DNA of 64,000 nucleotides from a virus. The stretch covers positions 10,635-74,634 of IMG/VR virus record IMGVR_UViG_3300017917_002644; one strand, given 5' to 3'. This document shows positions 1-9,137 of this stretch, piece after piece. Below the pieces are notes generated by a model, which did no database searches, was not told the DNA's origin, and saw only the letters and a program-made list of their open reading frames with translations. The position numbers and the translations under genes are program-made. Each line of letters begins with the position of its first letter. The first letter of the stretch is position 1.

Positions 1-3000
1 TTCATAAAACATTGTCCTTCGTTGAATATTTTTTGTCTTTGTTTTTCTGAAAGTGATTGGATTGCTGCCGATAGGTCTTTCATTGCAAAATTGTATGCAT
101 CGGTTAAACCACCTCTACCCCCAAACTTTGATGCAACACCTTCAATTCCCATTGCGTTTGCTCCCGCATTTGCAAGGTGTCCTTTGTTTCTTGCCGCAAT
201 CAATCTACCATTTTTCCAACTGATTGCCAATGCCTGTCCATCTGTTTTTTCTCTTGTCAATTCCAACTCACCATTTAATGCTCCTGTGATAATGTTTTTC
301 AGGTCACCAAATGTTAAATCCATATCATCAAATGGGTGTGCCATATGTCCATATGCACCACCTTCGTTTAATATTCCTTCTTTAAGACTTCTTTTTTGTA
401 GAACTAATTTGTTTATGTCTGAAAATAAATCAGCAATTTCTTTATCCAATTTCTTTTCATCCGCACTCATTGGTGATTCTATATCCACATTGGAGTATAG
501 TTTTTTCTTTTTTGCCACCAATACATCTACCCTTTTAAGTAAATCGTTTTTTACTTTATCTAAATCTTTTATAATTTCTTCTTTAGATGTTTCGTTTAAG
601 TTTTTATTTGCAGGTTGATTATCATATCCACAAACGTGACAGATATACATCGCGTTTCCACCTTCTGCTTTATACCATTCATGTCCACAATTATCACAAA
701 TTATCATCCCACCCTCATCTGCTGAATTGGATTTTACTTCTGCTTCGTTAAATGCAGATGGAACTTTTATTTTTGTCCAACCTCCCCAACGAAATATTCT
801 TGATGGTATTGGTAAGGTAGAACCAATTGGTAATTTATGTTGATATTTTTTATCTATACCAACTACTTTGGTAACATAGTTTCTGTTTTTATTATCTGCA
901 CCAATCAATTCAACTTCAACCTCAACTTCGTTTCCACCGATTTTCATTTTACCCTTAAAGAAACCTTTGTTAATTTCTTCAATTTTTCTAAATGTAGTTG
1001 CTTGTTTTCCGTTGATTGTTGGCATCCCATGCTGGTCTTTACCAATATCTTTTACGGTAGTTTTTTTGTTCTTAAACTTACCCATAAGGATTTCATCACC
1101 CCTATCTATATCCAAAGTAATATCCTCTTTGTTTATTTCAATTGCTGCTAACTGTCTTTTTGCAGATGCTAACGATGAATGTGTTCCTAATCTCTTACCA
1201 CCATTTTTTGGATAAACTACATAATCATCACCAACTTTTTTAATAGTTTCTGTGTAGATTTGTTTGTTTAATTTTCCGTAATCTCTTAAAAGAATACCTG
1301 CTAATGCATTTGCCTGATTTTCAACAGGTGAACCAGTCTTACCCGCTTCTTCCTCATTTCTAATTAACTTCATCTCATCCTGCTTTCTGTGAACCATTTC
1401 GTGTGCAATAGTTCTTAGGATATCTGCCGTTAATCTTCCACTCGTTACTACAAAAATCTCTTTAGTTAGTGGAGAATATCCACCCAACGATGGTTGTTCT
1501 CTATCTAACTCATTATCCTTTAATAAAACTACTTTTGGTTTTTCGTTTAGTTTTAATCTTTTTGTAGCGTATTCTATAAAGTGTTGTATATTTTGTGCTT
1601 TTGACGGAGAAAGGTTTTCATTTAGAGAACCAAATAGAGAACTCAATTCTCCTTTATCTTTTTCTTTTTTGTAATCAACAACTGCTTTTTTCAATTGTTC
1701 ATCACTCAACTCATAGGTTTCCATTTTTTCGGCAACCTTTTTAAGAACATTATTTACAAAATCAGTTCCACCCGCAATCTCCAATAATCCCATAGATGCA
1801 GTTGCCAAACCTGCCCCACCAATCGCAGCCTGTTTAGCTCCCAATCCTAATGTTTCTAATGTTGCGTGTTTTGCTATATCTTTTGCAAGGTGTGCACTGA
1901 ACCCACCAACTCCATGTGTAAATACACCTGCTGCACCACTACCTGCTGCCGCAAATGTTCCACCCAAACTCGCACCCGCATTTACTGCTTTAATAGCAGC
2001 TGCTCCCGCACCACCCAATGCCATAGAACCCATTATTAATGCAGTATCAACAGCAAAATGTTTTAAATGATGTATTTGTTCTTTTCTTTTTTCTTCTGAA
2101 TATTCCCACTTACCCGTTTCTTTGTTTTTAGTAGAACCGATTTTTTGTCCGTTTGCTAATGCCCAAACCGCTTCACCGGAACCTTTAACCATTTCCTTTT
2201 TATTATCTGCCCACTGTTTAATACCTTTACCGAATTTTTCTAATCCGGATTTGATATTATCCACCATTCCTTTTCTTGCTTTTGAACCTGGTTTGTGTTC
2301 TCCGTTTGATATAAATTCTCTATCTTCTTTATCTAATGTTTTTACAACATTCATCAAACTTTCTTTTGCCTTTTCTTTTTCTTTTGCATGTTCTGCTGAT
2401 GATTTTAACTCCGCACCTTTTAGGGTTTGTGGTTGGGGTTGTCCTTCTCCACCTTTATCACTACCACCATCTTTTGGAGTTTTATCAACTTTACCTTGTT
2501 GAGTTTGTCCTTTTTGCACAGGTTGTCCCTTTTGTGGTGGTTCAGGTTTCTTTTCAGGTGCAGGTTTTATTGGTTGTGCAACATTTTGTGTAAGTTTCTT
2601 TGCCTGAATATGTGCCTCGTGGTCAGCAGGTAATCTCAATGCACCTCTTACAGTGATTTTCTTTTTTTGACCATCTTTTGCAGTATATGTAAGTTCCTTA
2701 TCGTAAATAGGATTCTGTGGTGCATTTTCCGGTTGTTCGTTTAAGTAATTTGCTATAAAATGATTAAAATCATTTTCCGTAATTGCATTTGCTATAATTT
2801 CCGCAATTGGGTCATACGGTGCCATATTACCATCAAATGCATCTTCTTCTTCTGCAGGGTGTTCTATTTGATGACGGGTTGGGTGTGGTTCTGGTCTCAA
2901 TTTTGATGGTGGGTTTGTATTTACACTTTCGTTTGCCGAACCAGTTGGTGCACCATTGATATATCCACCAGGTAGAACTAACCCAGTTCCAATTCCACCA

Positions 3001-3659
3001 GGAAATCCTTCTGTGTTTAAGTCCTCATCATCAATTACATTTATCTTATCAAAACTTCCTGCCATTCCTGTTGGAAAACCTGTTCCGGCTTCGTTTAATT
3101 TATTTTTAATCATTTGGTAAATTTCATCATCAAACTTTGGATATATTTTCTTAAAGAAATCTTTCGCTTTCTTTTCATCCGCACCCTTAAAGTTTGTTCT
3201 AACATCTGTTCCACTTATTGGGTTAGGTTCTGCAGGAACTGCGTAAACATATCCAATCTCATCATATCCATACCCAGCTTTACCTTTATATGGTTTAAAG
3301 TATTTACCGGTCAATCTACTCGCATCTTTTTCACCAACGGCTGCTACATATTGTGTAGTTTTACCATCGTATTTATCCAATATTTCTTTTGGTGCGTATG
3401 GATTTTTGATTTGAACAAATTTATCAGCAGGAACTCCAAATATTTTTGTTGCTATTTTTTTCTTTTCTTCGAAATTAAATGGTGATTTTCCACCATCGGT
3501 AACATTGGATGTTCCAATATAAACATTATCTCTACCAAATTTGGAAACCAATTTTTGATATGAAATAAAATGCCCCTTATGAAAAGGTTGAAAACGACCT
3601 GAATATACTACAATCGTTTTTTTAACTTCCGGCTTATCTACTTCTAATTTTAATTTCAT
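1..3659 (-). CDS. Partial (3' end beyond left edge) >1219-aa multi-module protein: NadM/NMNAT-like HIGH nucleotidyltransferase, Gly/Ala hydrophobic segment, HExxH zincin module, CxxC-CxxC Zn ribbon, KxDG ligase-like module; probable virion/internal protein
   Basis: Not in the ORF track because there is no stop within the window. ATG at 3659 (MKLKLEVDKPEVKKTIVVYSGRFQPFHKGH...ISGTDVR). The same frame gives LRTIAHEMVHRKQDE (1389-1403), CDNC..CHVC (~630-700), GGAYGHMAHPFDD and REKTDG (237-251), and stays open to base 1. Confidence 0.85.
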   Translation of the reverse strand, partial: MKLKLEVDKPEVKKTIVVYSGRFQPFHKGHFISYQKLVSKFGRDNVYIGTSNVTDGGKSPFNFEEKKKIATKIFGVPADKFVQIKNPYAPKEILDKYDGKTTQYVAAVGEKDASRLTGKYFKPYKGKAGYGYDEIGYVYAVPAEPNPISGTDVRTNFKGADEKKAKDFFKKIYPKFDDEIYQMIKNKLNEAGTGFPTGMAGSFDKINVIDDEDLNTEGFPGGIGTGLVLPGGYINGAPTGSANESVNTNPPSKLRPEPHPTRHQIEHPAEEEDAFDGNMAPYDPIAEIIANAITENDFNHFIANYLNEQPENAPQNPIYDKELTYTAKDGQKKKITVRGALRLPADHEAHIQAKKLTQNVAQPIKPAPEKKPEPPQKGQPVQKGQTQQGKVDKTPKDGGSDKGGEGQPQPQTLKGAELKSSAEHAKEKEKAKESLMNVVKTLDKEDREFISNGEHKPGSKARKGMVDNIKSGLEKFGKGIKQWADNKKEMVKGSGEAVWALANGQKIGSTKNKETGKWEYSEEKRKEQIHHLKHFAVDTALIMGSMALGGAGAAAIKAVNAGASLGGTFAAAGSGAAGVFTHGVGGFSAHLAKDIAKHATLETLGLGAKQAAIGGAGLATASMGLLEIAGGTDFVNNVLKKVAEKMETYELSDEQLKKAVVDYKKEKDKGELSSLFGSLNENLSPSKAQNIQHFIEYATKRLKLNEKPKVVLLKDNELDREQPSLGGYSPLTKEIFVVTSGRLTADILRTIAHEMVHRKQDEMKLIRNEEEAGKTGSPVENQANALAGILLRDYGKLNKQIYTETIKKVGDDYVVYPKNGGKRLGTHSSLASAKRQLAAIEINKEDITLDIDRGDEILMGKFKNKKTTVKDIGKDQHGMPTINGKQATTFRKIEEINKGFFKGKMKIGGNEVEVEVELIGADNKNRNYVTKVVGIDKKYQHKLPIGSTLPIPSRIFRWGGWTKIKVPSAFNEAEVKSNSADEGGMIICDNCGHEWYKAEGGNAMYICHVCGYDNQPANKNLNETSKEEIIKDLDKVKNDLLKRVDVLVAKKKKLYSNVDIESPMSADEKKLDKEIADLFSDINKLVLQKRSLKEGILNEGGAYGHMAHPFDDMDLTFGDLKNIITGALNGELELTREKTDGQALAISWKNGRLIAARNKGHLANAGANAMGIEGVASKFGGRGGLTDAYNFAMKDLSAAIQSLSEKQRQKIFNEGQCFM

Positions 3660-3662
3660 AAG

Positions 3663-3670
3663 TATAAATA
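3663..3670 (-). promoter_or_regulatory. TATTTATA putative phage late-promoter motif
   Basis: 3 nt upstream of the ATG at 3659. The same ATATTTAT motif precedes about 12 operon starts on the coding strand. Confidence 0.6.
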
Positions 3671-3685
3671 TCTTATTTTGTAAGA

Positions 3686-3811
3686 TTAGAAACTTTTATA
3701 GATAAATGGGTCTCTTTTTTTAAGTTCTTCTAATTTTTTCTTAAATCTTTTTTTTCTTTTATGTTCTTCCCAAATTTTTACAAAGAAAGAAATTACTGGC
3801 CAATTTTTCAT
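3686..3811 (-). CDS. Small basic 41-aa protein (MKNWPVISFFVKIWEEHKRKKRFKKKLEELKKRDPFIYKSF)
   Basis: Read from sequence. The ATG overlaps the upstream TGA (ATGA). Below the ORF-track cutoff. Confidence 0.7.
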   Translation of the reverse strand: MKNWPVISFFVKIWEEHKRKKRFKKKLEELKKRDPFIYKSF

Positions 3812-4173
3812 AATTGTTTTAGTTTAATTTTTGCTTCTTCTAATGAAACTGCTTTATCATCTATAAGTAAATCGTAATGTAACTTACCCATAAATAATCC
3901 ATGATGTTTTACTCCCCACTTTTCTAAACATTCTAATGTTAAAGGATATAATTCATCATATATCCTATTTACATCTCCGTTTAGAGTTTTCATACCTCTT
4001 GCTGTATAAATATAAATAGTATGTCCTTTATCATACATTTTATTACACAAATCTATCATTTCTAAAATAGGTTGACATTGGTGATACTTATCAATTCCCA
4101 AATCTTCTATTCCTTCTGGTCTAAAACATAGGGTATCATCTAAATCAAAAACTAATATTTTTTTATCACTCAT
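3808..4173 (-). CDS. HAD-superfamily phosphatase (capsule biosynthesis phosphatase-like)
   Basis: FDLDDT motif I, YTARGM motif II, GK..YDLLIDDKA motifs III/IV. Confidence 0.85.
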   Translation of the reverse strand: MSDKKILVFDLDDTLCFRPEGIEDLGIDKYHQCQPILEMIDLCNKMYDKGHTIYIYTARGMKTLNGDVNRIYDELYPLTLECLEKWGVKHHGLFMGKLHYDLLIDDKAVSLEEAKIKLKQL

Positions 4174-5117
4174 TGTGGTAAACTTTTTAATTTATTTTGT
4201 ATTTTTTCTTTTATAATATCATCAATTTGTGGCAATTCATACATATCGTAACAGTAATGTCCACAAACCTGTATTAGTTTTTTCTTATCTTTTTTATCAA
4301 AATCTTTACTTACCCACTTTTCCCATTTTTTAGATTTTAAACATATTTTGTAAAATTCATCAATCTGTGTATCACTCATATGTTCTAAATAAGTCAGTGT
4401 TTGTATTTGTGCAATTTCTGGTCCAATATTAATACTATCTACACCATTATTAAAACGAATTAGATATTCTTCGTTAGTTAAGTAATCTCCGTTATGTTCT
4501 TTGGTTTTTTTTCCAAATTGTTTACAAACCGAAACCATTGATTTTAATCTTTCTAAATCAAAATTGCCAGTATTTTTCATATTTACCAAATCCAACCCTA
4601 CTCCGGATTGTATTACTACATATTCTATATTATCAAATATTTGAGATGATAATTGTTTTTGTAAGAACTGTAATATTTCAAATACTTCCAAAACTTCAAA
4701 TCTAACAATTGCTTCTTCCGTTAATATTTCGTATTTTACGTTAGGGTTTAAATGATATAATAAAGTAATTGAATCGTGTGTTTGAGTTACTCCCAATACT
4801 TTTGTATCAATTATTGCTTTCCAAGGGTCAATGTGAATTATATCAAAATATTGTGTATCATTTTTGTAAGAAATATGTCCATCATCTTCGGTTTTTCCTT
4901 GATTAGGACCAGCATGGTCTCTTTCTAAGATAATTTTTTTGTTTTTCTTTTTAACGTATTTGTAAAAATTTTTAGTATCCCACCCATTGACATATCCACC
5001 ATCGTAATCTATTTGTCTTCGTGTTGGTAGTAATCCAAAATTATCAGATTTTAATTCAATAACAGCATCCACTATCTGTTTAGACATTGGACAAATATAG
5101 TATTTAGGCATCTTCAT
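4170..5117 (-). CDS. TIM-barrel sugar-phosphate enzyme, GatZ/KbaZ (tagatose-phosphate aldolase/epimerase)-like
   Basis: RQIDYDGGY, RDHAGP, IHID, KEHNGDY and NIGP parallel the GatZ/KbaZ motifs. Confidence 0.6.
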   Translation of the reverse strand: MKMPKYYICPMSKQIVDAVIELKSDNFGLLPTRRQIDYDGGYVNGWDTKNFYKYVKKKNKKIILERDHAGPNQGKTEDDGHISYKNDTQYFDIIHIDPWKAIIDTKVLGVTQTHDSITLLYHLNPNVKYEILTEEAIVRFEVLEVFEILQFLQKQLSSQIFDNIEYVVIQSGVGLDLVNMKNTGNFDLERLKSMVSVCKQFGKKTKEHNGDYLTNEEYLIRFNNGVDSINIGPEIAQIQTLTYLEHMSDTQIDEFYKICLKSKKWEKWVSKDFDKKDKKKLIQVCGHYCYDMYELPQIDDIIKEKIQNKLKSLPQ

Positions 5118-5745
5118 AATCTATTTCTGTGTATAATTTGAACTGATGTATTGCTTGAAACTTAGAAACCATTCTACCATATTCCGTATGAGGTCTTAAA
5201 TCAATTATTTTATTATTTTTGGATAATATCTCTATTGGAGTTGCATTTATAAATATTTCATTGTTTTTATCATCTATATTTGTAATATTTGTTCTATCAA
5301 AAATTGAGTATGATAACCCCATTCGTTTACATCCAAACTGAATTGCTTTACTAAATCCGCCGTTTCCAATAATGTTTACAGTATCGGTTATACTAATATA
5401 CGAAAAAAAATCCATAATACCAACATAATCAGTATTATATCCAACTAATTTTTTATTTTTTATTAAAACGGTGTTTACTGCTCCAATTTCTTTTGCGGCA
5501 GTATCCAATTCATCTAATAAAGGTAATACCGAAATTTTATGTGGCATACTTAATGCAAATCCACTAAACCCCAAATGTTTAACTGATTGAATTGTTTGAT
5601 GGATATTATCCGAATAGAATGATTTGTATATTGCATTTATACCGTATCTTTGAAATGCGTTATTGAAAAATATACATCCATTGTTTCCAGGATTTTCCGA
5701 AAAAGAACCGTATAATTTTGTATCTTTATTTATTTGTAAATTCAT
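5104..5745 (-). CDS. Shikimate dehydrogenase-like (AroE family) oxidoreductase, shortened
   Basis: SMPHK, IGAVNT, GYNTD, GNGGFS and INATP motifs. Confidence 0.8.
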   Translation of the reverse strand: MNLQINKDTKLYGSFSENPGNNGCIFFNNAFQRYGINAIYKSFYSDNIHQTIQSVKHLGFSGFALSMPHKISVLPLLDELDTAAKEIGAVNTVLIKNKKLVGYNTDYVGIMDFFSYISITDTVNIIGNGGFSKAIQFGCKRMGLSYSIFDRTNITNIDDKNNEIFINATPIEILSKNNKIIDLRPHTEYGRMVSKFQAIHQFKLYTEIDYEDA

Positions 5746-7639
5746 TTAACATTTCTGTTGATTTGAACCATAACATTTTTGAAAATTTCTCATCATGCAA
5801 TGGTGACATATTTAAGAATATTAATGCGGTTATTAGTTTAACTTTATCCAAATCGTATCCTTTTTCTACAATCCAATTTTCATAATAACTTTTAAACAAT
5901 GTAAGGTTTTCTGAAATAGGGTATGTGTAATTTACAGAATAACTACCTTCTATAAAAGAAATGTTATTTTCATCTTTCATTAAATCATAAGGTATTAGAC
6001 ACCCACCATACAGTTTAGCTAAATCATAATACACATCTCCACCCTCCGTATATCCACCAAATGACTCCCTCCAATCAATATATGTAAACTGTTTTATTTT
6101 ATCGTTATATATTATATTATCAAATTGTAAATCACCATGAAACAATTCATAAAAAGGATTTTCATTGAATTTTGAATAATCTACTTTAGACAATAATTCT
6201 TTTATAGATGGATATTCTTTTCCTCTTATATTATGACCATTTTCATAATAATCTTTTCCATTTTTATTAATAAATAATTCCAATCTTTCATTGGTTTTAT
6301 CAATATAAAACTTTTTAATATGCTCTAATGAATTATTTTTTACAGTTGATAGGTTGTTTGATAGATTGGATAAAAATTGTTTATATACATCCAAATTATC
6401 AATTGAATACAATGTATCACCATCACTCCAATTGTAATAAATAAAATCTTCAGTATTACCAAAGTTTGATGGAATTTGTTTTTTTAATATATTTGCTCTT
6501 TTTACTCTATTTTCTAATACAGTTTTATTAGGAACAAATTTTAAAAAATTATTATTTTCTTTATAAGTTATTTCACCATTGTATTTTTGCAGTGATAATG
6601 GTTTATCTTTAAAATATTTTTTTGCGTTTTTTAAATCATCAAAATTACCGGTATCTAACCAATTTAATTTTTTAGATTTAAAAGTTGGATAATTTGCTGG
6701 ATTAATAAACGCAGATACAACTTCTCCGTTTTGTATATTTGTTTCTAATTCTTTCCAAAAAATATCATAATCCCAAACACCCGCTAAACCAATAAATGCC
6801 AAATTGAACCCATTTACATCTTTATTTCTGTATTCTAATATGTTATCGTTATTGTCAGTTTTTAGAGTTGAATATTTTTCAGGATAAGATGTTTCCGTTA
6901 CACCTAACCAATTACCATCCAAGTGTGGGATTTTTGATGTTATTAAACAATCGCAGGTGGTTAAATAAAACGGTCGTTGTAAATGTTCTTTACACTTTAA
7001 AGTTGAATAACCTGGACCAGAACCTTCACCATCTATGTTATCAACATCTACGAAAGTAAATTTATGATTAGGATAGGAAATTTTACAATAATCTTTTAGG
7101 GATTGTCCTTTATATCCAGTTGCAATTATAAACTCATAATCCGTTGGGAATTTTTCAATAATATGTGAAATTATTGCACGATTGTTTATTGGTAATAGGG
7201 CTTTGTTTATTTGGGTGGTTAATGGTTCTAATCTACTTCCAAATCCTGCCGCTAATATTAATACTGCGGGAGTTTTATGTTCACCATCAATCTTACCATC
7301 GTTTCTTCCAAACTCATCATCTATTCTAAATACATCATCTACTTCGGGTGTAGAAACTTCTTGTAAGATAATATCTGTTAGAGCGATTACTCTGTGTTTT
7401 TTAGGAGGTGTTACATTAAAGTATTCACCGGCTTTCATAATTCTTTTTTCAACTACTCCTTCATCATTTTCTAACCAAACTTCTGCTTCACCTGAAATTA
7501 TGTAATTTGTTTCTTTTTTAAATTGGTGATACTGATAAGATGTTTTATAACCTGCATTAATGTATATTCGTTTATAGCAATATTTATCATTTAATTCTAA
7601 CCACTCTTCTTTCCCCCAAGGCTTTATAACTGTTTTCAT
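5726..7639 (-). CDS. Trifunctional cupin + sugar nucleotidyltransferase + APH/choline-kinase-like phosphotransferase
   Basis: KPWG..SYQYH..KHR cupin; LAAGFGSRL..NKALLPI nucleotidyltransferase; HGDLQFDNI, IDWR, YYDLAKL kinase motifs. Confidence 0.85.
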   Translation of the reverse strand: MKTVIKPWGKEEWLELNDKYCYKRIYINAGYKTSYQYHQFKKETNYIISGEAEVWLENDEGVVEKRIMKAGEYFNVTPPKKHRVIALTDIILQEVSTPEVDDVFRIDDEFGRNDGKIDGEHKTPAVLILAAGFGSRLEPLTTQINKALLPINNRAIISHIIEKFPTDYEFIIATGYKGQSLKDYCKISYPNHKFTFVDVDNIDGEGSGPGYSTLKCKEHLQRPFYLTTCDCLITSKIPHLDGNWLGVTETSYPEKYSTLKTDNNDNILEYRNKDVNGFNLAFIGLAGVWDYDIFWKELETNIQNGEVVSAFINPANYPTFKSKKLNWLDTGNFDDLKNAKKYFKDKPLSLQKYNGEITYKENNNFLKFVPNKTVLENRVKRANILKKQIPSNFGNTEDFIYYNWSDGDTLYSIDNLDVYKQFLSNLSNNLSTVKNNSLEHIKKFYIDKTNERLELFINKNGKDYYENGHNIRGKEYPSIKELLSKVDYSKFNENPFYELFHGDLQFDNIIYNDKIKQFTYIDWRESFGGYTEGGDVYYDLAKLYGGCLIPYDLMKDENNISFIEGSYSVNYTYPISENLTLFKSYYENWIVEKGYDLDKVKLITALIFLNMSPLHDEKFSKMLWFKSTEMLNEFTNK

Positions 7640-8427
7640 ATTGTTTTTGTATTATTAATTTTTTCAATAATTGTTTCAAATACTAATTTATGTCCAATTT
7701 CGGAAGTATGGTATGACCCCATTTCATCTGGATATTTTTTTGATAATTCTCCCCAATCTACCCAAATTAAATTTTCTCTTGGTATATAACGTTTAAATTC
7801 TGTATCCCACGTTAAAATATAATGTTTAATTCCTGCATTTTTTAATAAAGTATGTGCAAGTGTTATCATTCCAATATCATATTGTCTTTGTATGCTTTCA
7901 TCAAATATTTCTAAAAAATAATTTTTTAATAATCGCATACGTTCCGGTCTTTCATTTTTAAATTTAGTAAAATAATTTAAATCTAAACCTTTATCTAATA
8001 CATTATCCACATAATCTACTATTCCTAAATAATTTTCAGTAAACATTTTTCCATTATATGATTTATCGGATTGTAATGGATTCCTCAATATCATTGGATA
8101 TGTATCTCTACCGTATGGTGGATATTGGTGATAATTTACATCCGTATTATTTAATTCCCAATGTTTACTATGATGTTCATTTTCTGGAAACCATTCTGTT
8201 CTATTGTATGAAGTTATTGCAACACATACAAAATCTATATCCTTAATATTTTGAACCGCATATTTTGCTTGTAAAAATATTGAAAAATTTGAACTTGAAC
8301 CTTTAGCAAGATTTATTAGATTTTTATCAAAATGATTTGCCAATAATGAACCATATGGTTCGGTTTTAAGATTGTAACATCCAATCCCAACACTAAATGA
8401 ATCACCACAAACAACTATGTTTTTCAT
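7636..8427 (-). CDS. SGNH/GDSL-like protein (putative acyl esterase/transferase)
   Basis: N-terminal GDSFS, NLAKGSSSN, C-terminal HTSEIGH. Confidence 0.65.
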   Translation of the reverse strand: MKNIVVCGDSFSVGIGCYNLKTEPYGSLLANHFDKNLINLAKGSSSNFSIFLQAKYAVQNIKDIDFVCVAITSYNRTEWFPENEHHSKHWELNNTDVNYHQYPPYGRDTYPMILRNPLQSDKSYNGKMFTENYLGIVDYVDNVLDKGLDLNYFTKFKNERPERMRLLKNYFLEIFDESIQRQYDIGMITLAHTLLKNAGIKHYILTWDTEFKRYIPRENLIWVDWGELSKKYPDEMGSYHTSEIGHKLVFETIIEKINNTKTI

Positions 8428-9137
8428 AAACCTTTATTATAATTCCACCAATCTTCACTTATTTTATGAAGTTCTTCAAACGATTTATCTAAATTATTTC
8501 TATGAGAACTTCTCATTATAGAATACTTTAAAACTTCATTTGGAATTTTCTCTACATAAATATCGTTTAAAACAAAATGTCTGGCTAAATGGTAATGTAT
8601 ATCTTTATAACTCAAATCACACATTGGAAATGTTAATATTGCATTTTTAACAGTTTCAAATTTTCCTAAAAACAACATGTCCTGTATAAACAATAATCCA
8701 GGTGGTGGAGAAAAACATATAGGTCCTAATGCATACAAATATTCGGTAGTTATATTTTCAATAAATTTGTTTAGTGTATTTTCTTTGTTAAAAAATATAT
8801 CAGGTCTGATTAATATAACATTTTCGTATTGAAAATCAGTAGTGTTTACCATATTAAATAGTTTTCTCCAATGATATACCATTTTATTACTATTAAAACT
8901 TATATATGGATTATCTTTTTCTATGCTTATTATAGCGTTTGGAAGTATTTTTAATATGCGTTCTTTAGTTACTGTTTCTATAATATCAATGTTTAACGCA
9001 GAATTTCTTTCATATGTTGTATCCCAAGTGCTAAAAAACACATCAGTTTCATCGTTATTTAAAAAATTCCAAGATTTGTGAGAATTATCAAATTCTCTGT
9101 ACATCCCACCTATTAGTACTGCTAATTTCTTTTTCAT
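8424..9137 (-). CDS. Putative glycosyltransferase, divergent member of the IAVCxSGQxRT paralogue family
   Basis: LAVLIGGMYR, DVFFSTWD and ILIRPD match the paralogues at 10633-15746. Confidence 0.55.
   Translation of the reverse strand: MKKKLAVLIGGMYREFDNSHKSWNFLNNDETDVFFSTWDTTYERNSALNIDIIETVTKERILKILPNAIISIEKDNPYISFNSNKMVYHWRKLFNMVNTTDFQYENVILIRPDIFFNKENTLNKFIENITTEYLYALGPICFSPPPGLLFIQDMLFLGKFETVKNAILTFPMCDLSYKDIHYHLARHFVLNDIYVEKIPNEVLKYSIMRSSHRNNLDKSFEELHKISEDWWNYNKGL

Noticed and set aside
22-3485. Plus-strand ORFs 22-618, 837-1151, 967-1215, 2122-2502, 2336-2593, 2427-2633, 3114-3485
   Set aside because: Antisense shadows of the long minus-strand ORF (1-3659), which carries recognisable motifs; their translations have none.
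5104-5745. aroE as an aromatic amino-acid biosynthesis auxiliary gene
   Set aside because: Shortened protein embedded in a sugar-nucleotide cassette with no other shikimate-pathway genes; gene symbol withheld.
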